Positions 11,229-25,299 of a DNA stretch of 64,000 bases are shown in pieces. The notes under the pieces were generated by a model. It was given only the letters and a program-made list of their open reading frames with translations. It had not been told where the DNA came from and did not search any database. Numbering within the stretch: the first letter of the stretch is position 1; the number at the start of each line of letters is the position of its first letter. This DNA comes from Eledone cirrhosa (lineage: Eukaryota), in the NCBI GenBank assembly GCA_964016885.1, contig OZ024740.1, positions 396,924,001 through 396,988,000 of the forward strand, read 5' to 3'. The position numbers and the translations under genes are program-made.

Positions 11229-11548
11229 TCATCATCATCATTTTACATCCGCTTTTCCCTGCTTGCAAGGGTGGGACGGGAACTGATTCTGGCTTGATTT
11301 CTACAGCTGGATGCCCTTCCTAACACCAACCTCATTTACAGTGAGTGCCGGGTGCTTTTTTGCCATGGCACCTCCACGACCACTTTGCAGTGGAATGATA
11401 GGGACTCATTTCTACAGCTGAGTAAACTGGAGCAATGTGAAATAAAGTGTCTTGCTCAAGGAAACAACACATCACCCGGTCTGAGAATTGAACTCACAAC
11501 CTTTCGATTGCAAGGCCAATGCTCTAACCACTAAGCCATGTGCCTTCA
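11229..11548 (-). mobile_element. Full-length tRNA-headed SINE with RTE-like tail (family A)
   Basis: Head ggcacatggcttagtggttagagc..gagttcaattc, central ttccttgagcaagacact, tail ggtgttaggaagggcatccagc..(atg)n. Confidence 0.85.
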
Positions 11549-11705
11549 TATATATATATATATATATATCTTTAGGTTTGTTGGTTCACCACTGGATAGA
11601 ACTGGTCATTCCGTATGGTCAATCCTGGTGTAATATTGTGAAGAGTACTCAACGCAGTGCAGTTCACCCATCTTCGTTTGTGTAGTTGGTGGTGCGAATA
11701 TATAT

Positions 11706-12325
11706 ATATATATCAAAGGTATATAGAGTTAGAAACTCAAAATAGTCTATTACAATTAAATAGCTCAAGGAAAGAACATTTTTCGGGCCGTGTAATATAA
11801 TCTAATATAAAACAGAGATAAACACAGATATAAACATATATGTGTTCAAATTGTAAGGAACCGGATTCGCTAGGGTGAAAAAAATACTAACTATGAATAG
11901 GGTTTGCTAGACTCAATTTAAAAGAATAAGTTAAGAAAAAAATACAAACTGAAATTGTGATAACTATCAGACACCCAGACAGCTTTTGTTAATGCTGTTT
12001 CACAATTTTGTTATAGGGAATTACCAATTCTATTGCTTTTCAGTGGGTGTGAAATTAGTAAACCCTTCACTTCTAAGTATCTCAGAAGACTGAATGGTGT
12101 GCATATATAAAACAACGCACATAGTATCCAGAACCTAGCGTGTCTCTTAAAACGTATGCTACTAAAAATAGCAGCCAAGTTCGCTTGACATTTAAAGTAG
12201 CTCACCAAATTCAAGGAGCCGAATATATCAAAGGTATATATTGAGTTAGAAACTCTGGTCCCTTACGATTTGAACACATATGCATATATCTGTGTTTATC
12301 TCTCTTTTATATTCAATTATATATA
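11706..12325. mobile_element. (TA)n-embedded rearranged element with direct and inverted terminal duplications
   Basis: 11707-11738 repeated directly at 12223-12254; 11795-11863 repeated inverted at 12255-12322. Confidence 0.5.
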
Positions 12326-12354
12326 TATATATATATATACGCCCACACGTACAC

Positions 12355-12500
12355 ATGATAGGCTTCTGTACAGTTTCCACCAACCAAATTCCATTCACAA
12401 AATATTAGTTAACTTAATGACACTAACCCGAAGGGCTACACAATGGAATTGAACCCCAAACCTAGTGGTTTCAAAGTGAACTTCCTAACTAAACAGCTAT
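12355..12500 (-). mobile_element. SINE (family C) fragment
   Basis: ggcttc..cagtttcc..accaaattccattcacaa..gaaccc. Related copies near 22.9, 23.5, 35.7, 36.2 and 44.1 kb. Confidence 0.55.
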
Positions 12501-13265
12501 ACGATACTTACAGTACATATTTATAAATAGATGGGCTTTATTGTTGAAAGCTGTCTAAGCTATGGACACAAGATACCATTAATAACAGAATACGAATAGC
12601 CAATCCTTTGGCAATTTAGTCAGCTGTATCTCTCACTCTAGTATTAATTGATCTTTAAAAATAAAGATGTGATACCAAATACGGTATAATTATTTTACCA
12701 CTCATCACGTATTTCTGGTTTCTTGATTAATGAGCAAGAGCTAAATTCAATACTATATAATAACTACCCAACAGATTTATCAGTTTAGCAGTAGTTTAAC
12801 TGCCTTTGTTTTCTACTGGGCCATGGCTTTGAGCCCCAGCTCATTTTTTGAATGGGGAAAGTTATAGAAGAAATTGTCCAAAAATGGAAAATTCTAAGAA
12901 AACTTAAAAGTAAAGAAAAAAGGCTTTTAGTAATTACTGCAATAGTGTAGGAAATTTTATTCCTTAGATAGAAAAGAGATGAATCATGTTAATGATGATG
13001 CCTGAAGCATTAAGAAATAACTGTTCTTTGCTATGTAATTTGCATTTGCAACACAGTTCTAGGATTGAATTATCCAAGACACTATTATTGTTGTTGAATG
13101 ATGAGAGATTATTTAAGTTACTTAACAGTGGCAATTAATGGAAAGTTAGGTGTAACTAACACTTCACTAACTTACAGGGCAGTAAGAATTTATAGTATTA
13201 ATTTACTCTCATAGATGTAAAGATATTTATAACATAGGCATAAAGATATTTATATATATATCTTT

Positions 13266-13368
13266 ATGTGTGTGTGTGTGTGTGTGTGCATATGTGTGTG
13301 TATGCATGTGTGTACGTGTGTGTGTGTGTGCATGTGTGTGTGTGTGTGCATGTGTGTGTGTGTGTGTA
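13266..13368. repeat. (TG)n microsatellite, imperfect
   Basis: Direct inspection. Confidence 0.95.
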
Positions 13369-14114
13369 GATGTATTCTCTGGCTCACTTACTGATGTTTA
13401 TTTGGACAATCAAGAAAGCAAAATTATGTGATGAGTGGTAAAAATAATGTGCTGAACTCTGTTGGAGTTAAAATCTATTATTTAGATTTTGTTTAGTTAT
13501 TTGGCTCTCTACAAGTACATTAGATTTATCACAGTTTCCAAAAAATGTCAAGTTGTACCAATATTGAAAACAAAGAAAACAAATAATAATTCATAATGTC
13601 TACATTCTTAGACTCCAATAAAAATTGGAATAATTCCATTAAGATTGTACATCAAATATATACTGTATTGAAAAGAATCACTGAACAACTAAGTGGTTAA
13701 TGTATTGTTCAAGCAGATTTTATGTTATAAGTTCACATTACATTGTGGCTTATTCATTGTCTTGGAAAAGACACTTAATTCTACTTTCCCTAAGTAAACC
13801 TAACAGTAGGGATTAGTTAGCAAGCCTTCTGGAGAAAAATTTGCCTAGGATAGAACAGCAAATTATACCCCCAAAAGATATATCTCTAATCTGTTTGATG
13901 CAACAGAAACAGGAATTAGAATCTTTGAAATTTTAAAAATCATGTACTATTGAAAATATCCCATAATCCTGGGTACAAGCTTGGAAAGGGACGTAACTAC
14001 ATGCCACAAAGCATTTCTAATGCTATACTGATATTGCCAATTACACCTTTAATAGTAGTAGTAGAAGTAATAATAATAATAATGATAATATTAATATTAT
14101 ATGAATAATAAATT

Positions 14115-15400
14115 ACGGAAACCAAAAGAAACTCCATTCAGTACTGAAAGAGGCAGGAAAGTAAAGGAAAGAACTAAAAACTGAAGACATGTACCTAAAT
14201 ATTAAAGCTGACCTAATTCTAACTAAGACAGCAAAAATCCACAGAAGCAAGTCAAAGCTAGAAGGTCTAAAAACATTTAGAGAAAGGTGCAGAGCACTAG
14301 AAGTCGATGGAAGCCGTGGAGTGGGGAGATCCCAAAAGACCTGGGATGAGGTGATAAAAGATGACCTTACCCAATTGCACCTCTCAAGGGCGATGACACA
14401 CGACCGTGACCTCTGGCGTCACACAGTAATACAGAAGACCCGACTTCCCACGGGTACAAGCCGAAGCTGAAGCATATAGACAATATGCCCCCACCCCCTC
14501 CCACTGCAAAGTGGTCATGGAGGTGCCACAGCAAAAAAAAGCACCCAGCCCACACTGTAAAGTGGACGTCTAGGTGCCACGGAAAAAAGTACCCAGCACT
14601 CACTGTAAATGAGGTTGGTGTTAGGAAGGGCATCCAGCTGTAGAAATCAAGCCAGAATCAGGACTCATATGAGCAAGACAAGGTCAGCCGATCGGACACT
14701 GCCCACAACAGGACAACCCATCTAACCCATGCTAATGTGGAAGAACGGACGTAAAATGGTGATGATGATGACCAGAACCTCTTTACTAGGAATTATCAGG
14801 CAAATATTCTTAGAAATGGAGCAGACACCAAATGCAAGATATGTGACGTACAGCTTAAAACAATTGACAATATAATATCAGGATATCCCACATTAGCACC
14901 AACTGAATATAAGATTAGACATGATAGGGTGGGGCAATAAATCCACTGAGTAATATGCAAACAATACAATGCAGAGCATACAAAAAATTGGTATGAACAC
15001 AAACCACAACCAGTAACTGAGACTGAAGGAGCAACCAACAATCCTTTGGGACTTTACCATTCACACAGATTGCACTATTAATGCAAACTACCCTGATATT
15101 ATTATTAAAGATTTAAAAACAAGATCTGCTTACTCATTGACGTGACTGTACTGCTTGAAAGAAATGTGTTAGCAAAAGAGTATGAGAAACTTGCTAAATA
15201 TAAAGATCTAGAAATTGAGATAAACAGATGGCACCTTAAAACACAAAATATTCCGGTAGTGGTAGGAGCTCTAGGTGTCGTCAAGAAAGGTGTTCAACGG
15301 TTTCTAGAAAACATACCTGGGAATTATAGCATCTATGAAATCCAAAAGATAGTTCTGACAAATAGCACTCACATACTTTGTAAATGTTTGTTTTTGTAAT
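14115..15400 (+). mobile_element. R4/Dong-clade non-LTR element 3' part (restriction-like endonuclease), interrupted by an RTE
   Basis: DQNLFTRNYQANI, CKIC, RHDRVG, LWDF, PDIII, IDVTV, EKLAKYKDL, IPVVVGALG. (AAT)n at the left flank. Confidence 0.8.
14283..14771 (+). mobile_element. RTE LINE 3' end nested in the R4 element
   Basis: CRALEVDGSRGVGRSQKTWDEVIK..QKTRLP, shared 3' UTR, (ATG)n tail. Confidence 0.85.
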
Positions 15401-18400
15401 ATATGTCAACACACAATCTTTTCTGTTTAATTTTTAGGGCAAATTTAATATTCAATACCATTCAAATATCCTTAATGCAAAATTAATTCATATTTTTTAT
15501 ACTCCTTAATACTTATTTTTATCTCCTCCAACCTCTATATATTTTCTCATTTAAAAAAACAACAACTTCAGATAAACAATGAATTGCAGAGGGTGCTGTG
15601 AATAGAGCCAGTGATGAATGTTGTGAAGAGAAATATAATGAGGTGTTTGGGTCATGTGTTGAGGAAGGATGAAAGTGACCTAGTGAAAGGAGTAATGGAA
15701 AGAAGTAAAGGAAGGAAAAGACAAAGAAATATATAGTTGTGGTTGATAAAAACAATCAGTCTAGTACTAGGGTTGATTCTTTCTCTATATCTCATTCTTA
15801 TTTCCATTCTCTTACTCTGTATCCTTCTCTGGAAGAAATATGTTGTATTCAGACCTGGAGAGGAAATGGGTTCTGCCGGGATAAAAAGATGCCCTAAAAA
15901 TGCTGTATATACAGTGCCTCTACGAATCCCTCAGGTGTTATGGGCCCAGACATAGATACATATTTGATAAAGAGGTCTTGGGTGCATACTGTCTGAAAAA
16001 ATGATAGGTTTGTCAAGGCCAAAACATCTTTGATCATATGTCTGTCTATCTGATGGATCAGGGTTGACCTCAAGCTAGACTACAACATAACAAGAGTAAT
16101 ATCTTATAAAAAATTCAAAACAGAGAAAAGCAATTTATAACATTTATAGACTGTAGCAATATGATAAGTTGAACCAAGTTCTATATGGGAATCAATAATT
16201 GGGTTGTCATCTCATGTCATTGAATACTTAAGTGCCGTATTATTGAGGACAAGAGTTAATAAAAATCACTCTTCTTTGCTAGGTTTCAGCCAGAGCATTT
16301 CATAGCTTCTAATTAATAATGAAGTGTTGACAATTTATTTCTTAGTGTAATTGTGTTTAGATTTGGTTGATTAAATTTATTTCTATTTTAACTTCATTAC
16401 CTATTGCATTCATCTCTCTTTTTGTTCTCCCTATCACCTTCATTGGTGTCACCACCACCACCACTGGCATCACTACCACTGTCACAATTATCAACACTGC
16501 CACTACCACCACCATAACACATTAATTTTCGTTATTGTTTTCACATTCATTTTGTTCATTATTCCCATAATCATCCACCATCATTATCACCACACAGTTG
16601 TCACTTGGATCATCATAATCATCAATAATATATAATTTAATTAGCATTGTGCATATCACACCCTAACACGATTACCATTGTCATAACTACATTCCATACC
16701 AATAATACCACTGCTTCTGTTGTAACTACAACAACCATCATTTATTTTTTTCACTACTTTCACCACAAATATAACACACCACAAACTAACAATGACAAGC
16801 CAACAAAGGAGCTTTTATGCAGTTGGCTGACCTACTAGAAATAGCTGTAAAATCTTCCACAACTCTCATCCTACCCTCTTAAAAGGGGATGGATACATTA
16901 GATGTCTAAATAAAAAATGGGATGATCACATACCTGTTCAATCATGGCTGGTTGGTGGTACAACAACAAATGGTGACTTGGCAGAATCATTAAGCATTGG
17001 ACAAAATAACTTCTGGCTCTTTGCATTCTGCATTCAAATCTTACTAAGGTTAGCTTTACCTTTTATCCCTTTGGGGTTGATAAATAAAGTACCAGTCTAG
17101 GATGGTAGACTAATGGAATTGTTAGAGCATTTGACAAGATGCCTTGCAGTATTTGTTCTGGTCATTTCTTTATGGGTTTAAATCCTAATATTTGGGTGGT
17201 AACTTAATCTAACATCCAGTTTAAAACCACCATCTAATCCTTAAATATCTTTAGCAAAAATCACTCTGTTGCTAGCATTCTGGCCATGTCTACAGTTTAA
17301 GGATTCCTCCTTCCTTAAAAAAAATAAAGGAGAATATGCACTGCTATGCCTTCCTGACTAAGTGATAATGAAAAAAACAACAAAAACAAAAAACCACAAC
17401 TTGCACCTACTACTCCTTCCACTCATTTGAGAGTTTGTTTGAAGTCTAGTGCTTTGCTCTGATGCCGTGTCTTGAAATGGATGAAAGCTAAATTTCTCCC
17501 TTGTTAGAACATTTAGTCTATTGCAGTTAAGATATCAAGATGACATTGTACCTATTTTGGGCAGTTAGGGTATCTGAGACAATATAGAATGTGTTCTGTC
17601 GATAAACAAAACAAAATGCCTGCAGTCAATGGATTTGAACTCATGGGCAGGTGATCCAATACCAAGGAAATTATACATACACATAAACATATACCCCAAC
17701 TAACACACACATGCATATACATAGACCATTTTGTCCTAGTAAATGTTGTAGGGCATTAGAGAATGAGTAGAAGGAAGGATGATAGAACAAGAAAGATTGA
17801 AGGGCCAAGTGTGATCACATTTTGTACAGTAGTGGAACATAATGTGGTGTTGTAGTAGATAGTTGAGAACATTAAAAGATGACAGAGAAGAACAGTATTT
17901 AGTGGAGAAATTGATAGCTTGTATGATTCTCTTGAAATGGAGACTACAAATGGATGTATACAAAGTTATCTGTATGTGTGTGTGTTACCCAACCTATTAG
18001 AAATAACAATTTTTATTTTTGGCACAAGACCAGCAATTTGAGGAAAGGGGAAAGTTGATTATATCAATCACAGTAGTTAACTAGGACTTTATTTTATGAA
18101 GCCCCAGAAGGATGAAAAGCAAAGTTGACCTTGGTGGGATTTAAACTTGGAACAGTTTAAATCTTGTAGCTAAATATCACAAATCATTTTGTCTGACACT
18201 CTACTGATACTGCCAATGCAGCTTGCTAGAAATAACATACCTCTAAATAATGATTAAAATAAAAAACAGGAGACCTATGTCTGGAATGCCCCGGATCATA
18301 GGTTCATCCAGTTAGGGTTAACCTGGTGCTAAACAACAACTAAGCCTTAAAAGTTTCTTGAAACTTATAGGAAACTTCCATTTACTACCATACAAGTCCA

Positions 18401-20297
18401 CCATATGCCAGTAGACTATACTTATTCCACTTTACTTTCTTATACTTCCTAAATTCCTCCATATTTTTCCAAAATATATAATCTCATGGAAATTAAAAAA
18501 ATAAGGAAATTAAAAAGCAAAATGGAGAAACACGAAAAGTGAAAGTAAAGAAATCAATAATAGTAGATCAATAATATCATAGCTTAACCTCAATCATTCT
18601 AACTTCGATATCGTCTTTTATACTCTACAGCAATACATGATATCTGAAACACCAAGAGAAAGTGAAAAAGGAAATTATATACATACACATAAACATACAC
18701 CAACTAACACACACATGCATATACATAGGCCCTCTCGACCACACAGGAGTATACACAGACACTCATATATATACATACATATATAGAGAATCAAACATTA
18801 TTCCCACATTAAATCGTTTTTCTCACTATTTAACATATTAATGTGCACTCTGCTTTCCTTTTGGCTCGTATCTTAATGATACTGGCTTAATTAAAGCATT
18901 GAGTGAGTGGGAAAACGATTGAAGGTATTTCAGTCCTATCTGATGACTTCCTTTCAGTATTATTATTATTATATATATATAAGCATACATATATACACAA
19001 TATATATATATATACATATATTTAAATGCATACATATATATTTATGCATATACATACATATATATCATCATCAGTTTTATACAACACACTACATCAATAG
19101 CTCCTTTCTTGCAGCAAAAAAAAAAAAAAAAAATTAAGAGATAGTGAAAAAGTTATAGCTTTTGCTGGTATTTACCACAGTTGCTTTACAAGCAGCAACT
19201 AATCTTTTTAACCCAAATAAAAGGTATCAAAATCAAATTAATAATTGAATAAATAATAAAGTGTAAGCAATTAAAAACAAACAGAAAACTAACAATTTGC
19301 TTGATGGGTGGATCTTAGTGGGTGTGGGGAACCAATCTTGCTAATTAATAAAGTTGTTTTTTTTTTATCAGTATTCATAGGTTAGAGAAACTGTTATTAG
19401 TTATTTATCTTGATTTATTTTCACTGAGAGGTTAAACTGATCAAATACTGATTGTCAGATTAGAACTTCTTTCTTCCCCCTCTCATATGCTTCCCACATT
19501 CTTATTTATTACCGTGTTTCTTTCTCTAAGCCAACCTAGCTAGCAGACAACACATTAACGGAGTACATGCAGCTATAATGAAACAGTATTGGGGTGAATG
19601 GAAATGTGCTGTGCTGCAGACTTGTATAACCTGTGCCAGTATGATGATGATGATGATGGTGATGTCCGTAGTAATGATGATGATGGAGGTCATGGTTGTG
19701 TTGGTCATAATATAATTTTGGAAGAACACTGTCCATGTTTGATCAATACTGCTTGCAAAGTTTCCCATATGGTGGGAAAACTGTGAGCAATAGTACTAAA
19801 ATGTGCCAACTTGTCTTCAGAAAGAGATCAGCTGCATATTCGAGAGCATTAGCTTGGCAAATATACTTCAGCATACCACATACTTAAACAGACCGTGTAC
19901 TTAAACAAACCATATACTTAACCAGGGTGTAAACTTAAACATGCAATATTTGCCTAGTTAGCTTCTGAATGAGGAAGAAGGAAAATGAGATTGACTATGA
20001 GCCAGCATCTGTTGCTTTCTGGATTGAAACTGTCAGAAACAATCTTACTAATGGCTTAAAGATGGCTTTTGATGTGGTAACATTTTGTAGCTAATGATAA
20101 TCATGTATTTACTTTCTATCCTTGGCACAACAAACTATACACTTTTCTTTGTCCATCTCATGTGATTTGAAGGTAGTTGGATCCATATTTACACTAACAC
20201 AGGTCATAGTTGAATAAAAAATATCTATTTATAACTGGCTTTATCATTAGAAATGAGAAATGTAATAATGTTCAGAAAACATTATATATATATATAG

Positions 20298-20490
20298 AGT
20301 GGGCGGTGGATTGGCAGTATCGGTAGAGGGTCGGATGCCATGCTTTGACGCATAGAGGTATGGCCCTTGCCATTCTGAGTTCAAATCCTGTCGAGGTTAA
20401 CTTTGCCTTTCATCCTTATGGGGTCGGTAAAATAAAGTACCAGTAATACACTGGGTAATTGCTGGCCTTGTGCCAAAAGTAGAAACAATT
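20298..20490 (+). mobile_element. tRNA-derived SINE (family B), near full length
   Basis: A-box-like tggcagtatcgg, B-box-like gagttcaaatcc; high similarity to 6626-6797. Confidence 0.8.
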
Positions 20491-20641
20491 ATATATATAT
20501 ATATCGTCCAAACCCATGCAAGCGTGGAAGATGGACGTTAAACGATGATGATGATGATATATATATATATATAGTAGTAGTAGGGTGCAATTGGATTATG
20601 TTTACAGGTGGTATGCTATGGATGTGAGTCTACATGTGAAA

Positions 20642-20732
20642 GCACATATCTGAGGAGTTTTAAATTCCAGAGTCAGGAATGAACATGATCATTCTTCGAG
20701 CTGATCAGCAGTGAAACATATGTATACGATGC
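20642..20732 (+). ncRNA. Degenerate expanded hammerhead, same family as 3024-3112
   Basis: CTGAGGA(20650)...ccagagtcagg...cgagctg...GAAA-catatg-TA, followed by gc-a-cactgattctttgtt as at 3133-3151. Stems I and II are poor. Confidence 0.4.
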
Positions 20733-21059
20733 AACACTGATTCTTTGTTCCCTAATTATTATATATATATATATTCAAAATGTATGGTAGATTTCGGAAT
20801 GAGGGTAACAAAGATGTTGGTGTGTCACCATATTTTGGGTCTCAAAACCTTTTACATGAATTTTGATCCAGTTTCTTCTTTCCACCATATGGGAAACTTT
20901 GCAAGCAGTACTAATTAAACACGGACAGTGTTCTTCCAAAATTATGTTATGACCACCACAGCCATGACCTCCACCATCATCATTTTTTGCATTGTTGTAG
21001 TCTTCAAATAACATACTGCTTTATACACTAACACAATGCTCCAGGCAAACTACAACACC

Positions 21060-21104
<45 letters not shown>

Positions 21105-21428
21105 GGAGGCACATGGCTTGCAATCGAATTGGGCTTGAATCGAAAGGTTGCGAGTTCAATTCTCAGACCGCGTGATGTGTTGTTTCCTTGAGCAAGCCAC
21201 TTTATTTCACATTGCTCCAGTTTACTCAGCTGTAAAAATGAGATGATAGGACTGGGGTCCCTATCATTCCACTGCAAAGTGGTTGTGGAGGTGCCATGGA
21301 AAAAAAAGCACTCACTGTAAATGAGGTTGGTGTTAGGAAGGGCATCCAGCTGTAGAAATCAAGCCAGAATCTGTTCCCGTCCCACCCTTACAAGTAGGGA
21401 AAAGCGGACGTAAAATGATGATGATGAT
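21105..21428 (+). mobile_element. Full-length SINE family A
   Basis: Closely matches 11229-11548 in opposite orientation; (ATG)n tail. Confidence 0.85.
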
Positions 21429-21446
21429 ATATATATATATATAAAT

Positions 21447-21627
21447 AAATGGCTTCTAGAAGACTAGAACTGCTTCATTTGTATGAAATCATCAGGACAT
21501 TCCTGATGATTTCATACGAATGAAACAGTTCTAGTCCTGTAGAAGTCATTTCTATATGAAAGAAATATGTATCTTCTCTACTAAATTATTGAGTACCTTC
21601 AGAAAACCATTCTTAATTATACATATA
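21447..21627 (+). mobile_element. Fold-back element with hammerhead core on both arms
   Basis: 51-bp arms 21447-21497 / 21501-21551 with a 3-nt loop. CTGATGA at 21503-21509, ttc-atac-gaa stem II, GAAA at 21522-21525. Confidence 0.6.
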
Positions 21628-21839
21628 CTATTTAGAATTCTGCTTCAATTTCCTTCTGGTTGTACAATGCATATGTAGAAGTTGAAATGGTTCAACCCAT
21701 GGAATTAAAGTGAGTAACCAATTAAATCAATAGCTACCATTCACTATACCATACATTAGAATAACATTTCAATAAATCAGAATTACTTATTCGAATCAAA
21801 TACTACAGTTTCACACAACGCATACACACACACACACAC

Positions 21840-22340
21840 ATCTTCATCATCACCACTGTTTAATGTCCATTATTCACGCTGGCATGGGTTAGATGAGTTG
21901 TCCTGATGTGAGAAATGGCAGGTCAGGTGACCATGTCTTGCTTACACAGAACTGATTTTGGCTTGGTTTCTACAGTTGGATGCCCTTCCTAATGCTAACC
22001 ATATTGAGTACTAGGTGCTTTTTGTCGTGACTCCTACATGAACACTTTACATTGTGGGCTGGGTGTTTTTTGTTGTGCCGCCATCACCACATTACAGTGT
22101 AGGCTGGTCATTTTTAGCATGCTATATGTGTGCTTCAGCATGTGCTCTTGGGAAGGTGGGTCTTCTATATATATCATCATTATCATCATTTTATATCCAT
22201 TCTTCCATGCTAACATGGGTTAGACAGGTTGCCCTGTTGTGGGCAATTCCAGGTCAGGTGACCGTGTCTTGCTCATACAGAACTGAACTTTTGGCTTGAT
22301 TTCCTAACACCAACCTCATTTTCAGTGAGTACTGGGTGCT
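21840..22340 (-). mobile_element. Two RTE-tail/SINE 3' fragments
   Basis: (CAT)n followed by ..ccatgctaacatgggttaga..ggatgcccttcctaatgc. Confidence 0.7.
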
Positions 22341-25299
22341 TTTTATATAAATCTGTTCAAGGTAGAAATACTCTGTCAAATTTTCCTCAAATCACAGATT
22401 TTACTATCTTAAAAAAGGAAGGACACATTGTGTTGTGGTGAACACCCCTTTGGGATTAAAGAAATGAACTCGGTGGACTATTATAAATATGCAAAATGTC
22501 TCATTGACAGGAGTTCTGTTGGAGTCTTGCTTGAAAGTCTCATGTTTTGTAGTTGGAAGTTACACCTGAGATAAAATTGTTAGTAGCCCTGCATCATAGA
22601 AAATATAACCAGTTCAAAGGGCTATAAAACATTGAACAATAAAGTCTTACATATATCATCATCATCAATATACACACACACCATTAAATAACTATAAATA
22701 GACATCAAACGGTGATGATGATGAGGTGCTCCATTAACTTCAACAATGAACACTCCTGCAATTTAATCACCTGAATTACCTCTCCATTGAAATATTGTGT
22801 GAGTAGCAGAGTATCCCTCAAACATGCCTACCCTTAAAGACTGGCCATTGCATTACAGTCTATTTAACAGGATTTCACACAGTTTTCATCTACCCAATTT
22901 CATTCAGAAGGCATGGGTTAACTTTGGGAATGAAATTGAGTAGACAAAAGCCCATGTGTTTCCCCTCACTCTTTTTGTCTCACTCTCCCTTTATCACTCT
23001 TTCCTTTTCTAGATTCATTTCACTCTAATGCTATAACTCTAAGTTTCTATTCAATATTCTCCATAATCATCTGTCACCTTTATTTCATTGTTTTCTTTCT
23101 CCTCCTCAAACTTTTACTCATTCTTCAATCTGTTTCCCCTCTCTCTCTGTTCTTACTTCACTCATTCTGTCTTCTTTTCATTACGATTCTCTTATCTCTT
23201 CACTGCCAAACTATCAAATATAATTCTGTAATCTTAAATCTTTGTTGCAAATGCAATGGTTGTTGTTTAACCCCCTGGTCAGCTCTGATTGAACAGACAA
23301 AATTGATCCTTCATTGATTTCAACCCTGAACATTCAGTTGTTTATTCAACAATGTCCAACTCATTAAGTTAAGATATAGGTGGTTGAATATTTCACAAAT
23401 ACATGTACTTTTAACATAATTCCCAAGCTAAATCAACAACAAATATGTGACAAAAAAATCTATCCAATGGTTTTTCACAGTTTCTGTCTATCCAATTTCA
23501 CTCACATGGCTTAACTCAGCCCACAGCTATAGTAAAGACACCTGTCCAAGACGGCAGGTAATGGGATCAAACTCAGAACCACATGTTTGCAAAATCATTC
23601 AGACATGCTGGAAATCATCAAGCAGATATATGCTCAAAGGTTTTCCAGCTATGACATATGACAGTGTATCTAAGACTGCATGAATCAATGTGTCTTTTCT
23701 GTTTGTTTAATGTCAATAGGGTGATGCTTGAGGGAAATACAGCAACTATTTCTGGTAGGTTGTGAGACACAAAGAACAGGAGTGGGAACGAAAGCAAAAG
23801 TTTATCTGTGAGTATGGAGCTCCTCACCTCTGCTGTAGAGCCTATGTCATAAGCATGTAAATGTAATAGTCATTCAAAATGGCCATTACAATGGCTTCAC
23901 TACTTGTGGAAATTTTCAATGGGTAAGCAGTAAAGGAAAGATAAACTCGTAGAATAGGTTTTATTATTGGCCATACATACATCTATTACATTTGGCTGTT
24001 GTCAATAAAAAAAATAATGTGTATGTACACAAACATACACATGAAAACCAAAGTCCGTGGACAGAAATGGAAGATTGTCTCAAGTTTCATGGTATATTAA
24101 AAGACTACAAGTAATTTGAGTATTGTAGGGAGAAGAAGAAAGAGAGAATAATAGGTGAGCATAAATGGTATTGTTGTTTTTGCTGCTGCTGTTGGTAGTG
24201 GCTCTAGAATTGATAGAAGCAATTATGTGTGATGGTAGTGGTGATGTTCATTATAGTGGTGGTGGTTGTAAAATAGCAGTACTAGTATTGACAATGATAA
24301 TTGTGTTGGTAGTAGTGGAATAATGGTACAAGCAGTATAGGTGGATGATGGTGGCATTACCTTGCTGTTGTTGAGTCCCATGTCAACCCGATTGAACAGA
24401 CCACTATTATCAAAGGCATTCTAGCCATGACCTTCCTCTCATTTTAAGGGCTTCTAGGCCTATATTATCTAATGTGCTCTTTCTATTTTTTTAAGATAGC
24501 TGGGGTATGATTTGAGGGAGATTAGGCTGCTATTTCTAACAGCTTGAGCAACTGAATAGAGACATTTATTGTTGGCACATAGTAATATTATGGTGGTAGA
24601 GGTAGTAGAAGACTAGTAGTGGTAGGTTTGATGGCAGTATTGGTAATGGCATTGGTGGTAATTATGTTAGGGATATTGATGATGCTATTGGTAGTAATAA
24701 AACATGTATTCTAAGCTTGTATCTACACCCCACTCAACTGCTCTCTACCTAGCTTTCCTATCCAGTAACCTATCCACTACTCCAGCCATTCCACTATATG
24801 ACCATTCAACCAGCCAATCATACATTGTTTCTTTATTAATGTCCTAAGAAACCCAATCTCTAAAAGCTTTGATTAGTTTCAATATGACAAACAAAACAAA
24901 CAAACAGTAGTAGTGGTGGCAGTGGTGGTAGTAGCATGAGAGTGAGAAGGTGTATATATGGTAGTGGAGGGAGGGAGAAAGTGAGAAGAGAGGACAGGTA
25001 TAATAATGTCTGTCTGAGAGAGGAGTGGGGAAGAAGAGAGAGAAAAGGTATAATATGTATCTCTCTGTGCATGAGCAACGGGTAATAGAGAAGGAAACAG
25101 AGAGAGATAGAAAGAGCTACAGTAAAATATGTGTGTGTGTGTGCGCGCACGTGCACATGTATATATGTGTGTGTGTGTGCGCGCACGTGCACATGTATAT
25201 ATGCATATGTAGACGTTTATTTTGAAGGGTTATTTTGAGGAGATCTGACCAAAGCTAAATACTTCCTTTTCTGGTTAGGGGATATATCAACACATTTTT

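Noticed and set aside
21105-21180. tRNA gene
   Set aside because: Only A/B-box-like SINE head; no complete cloverleaf.
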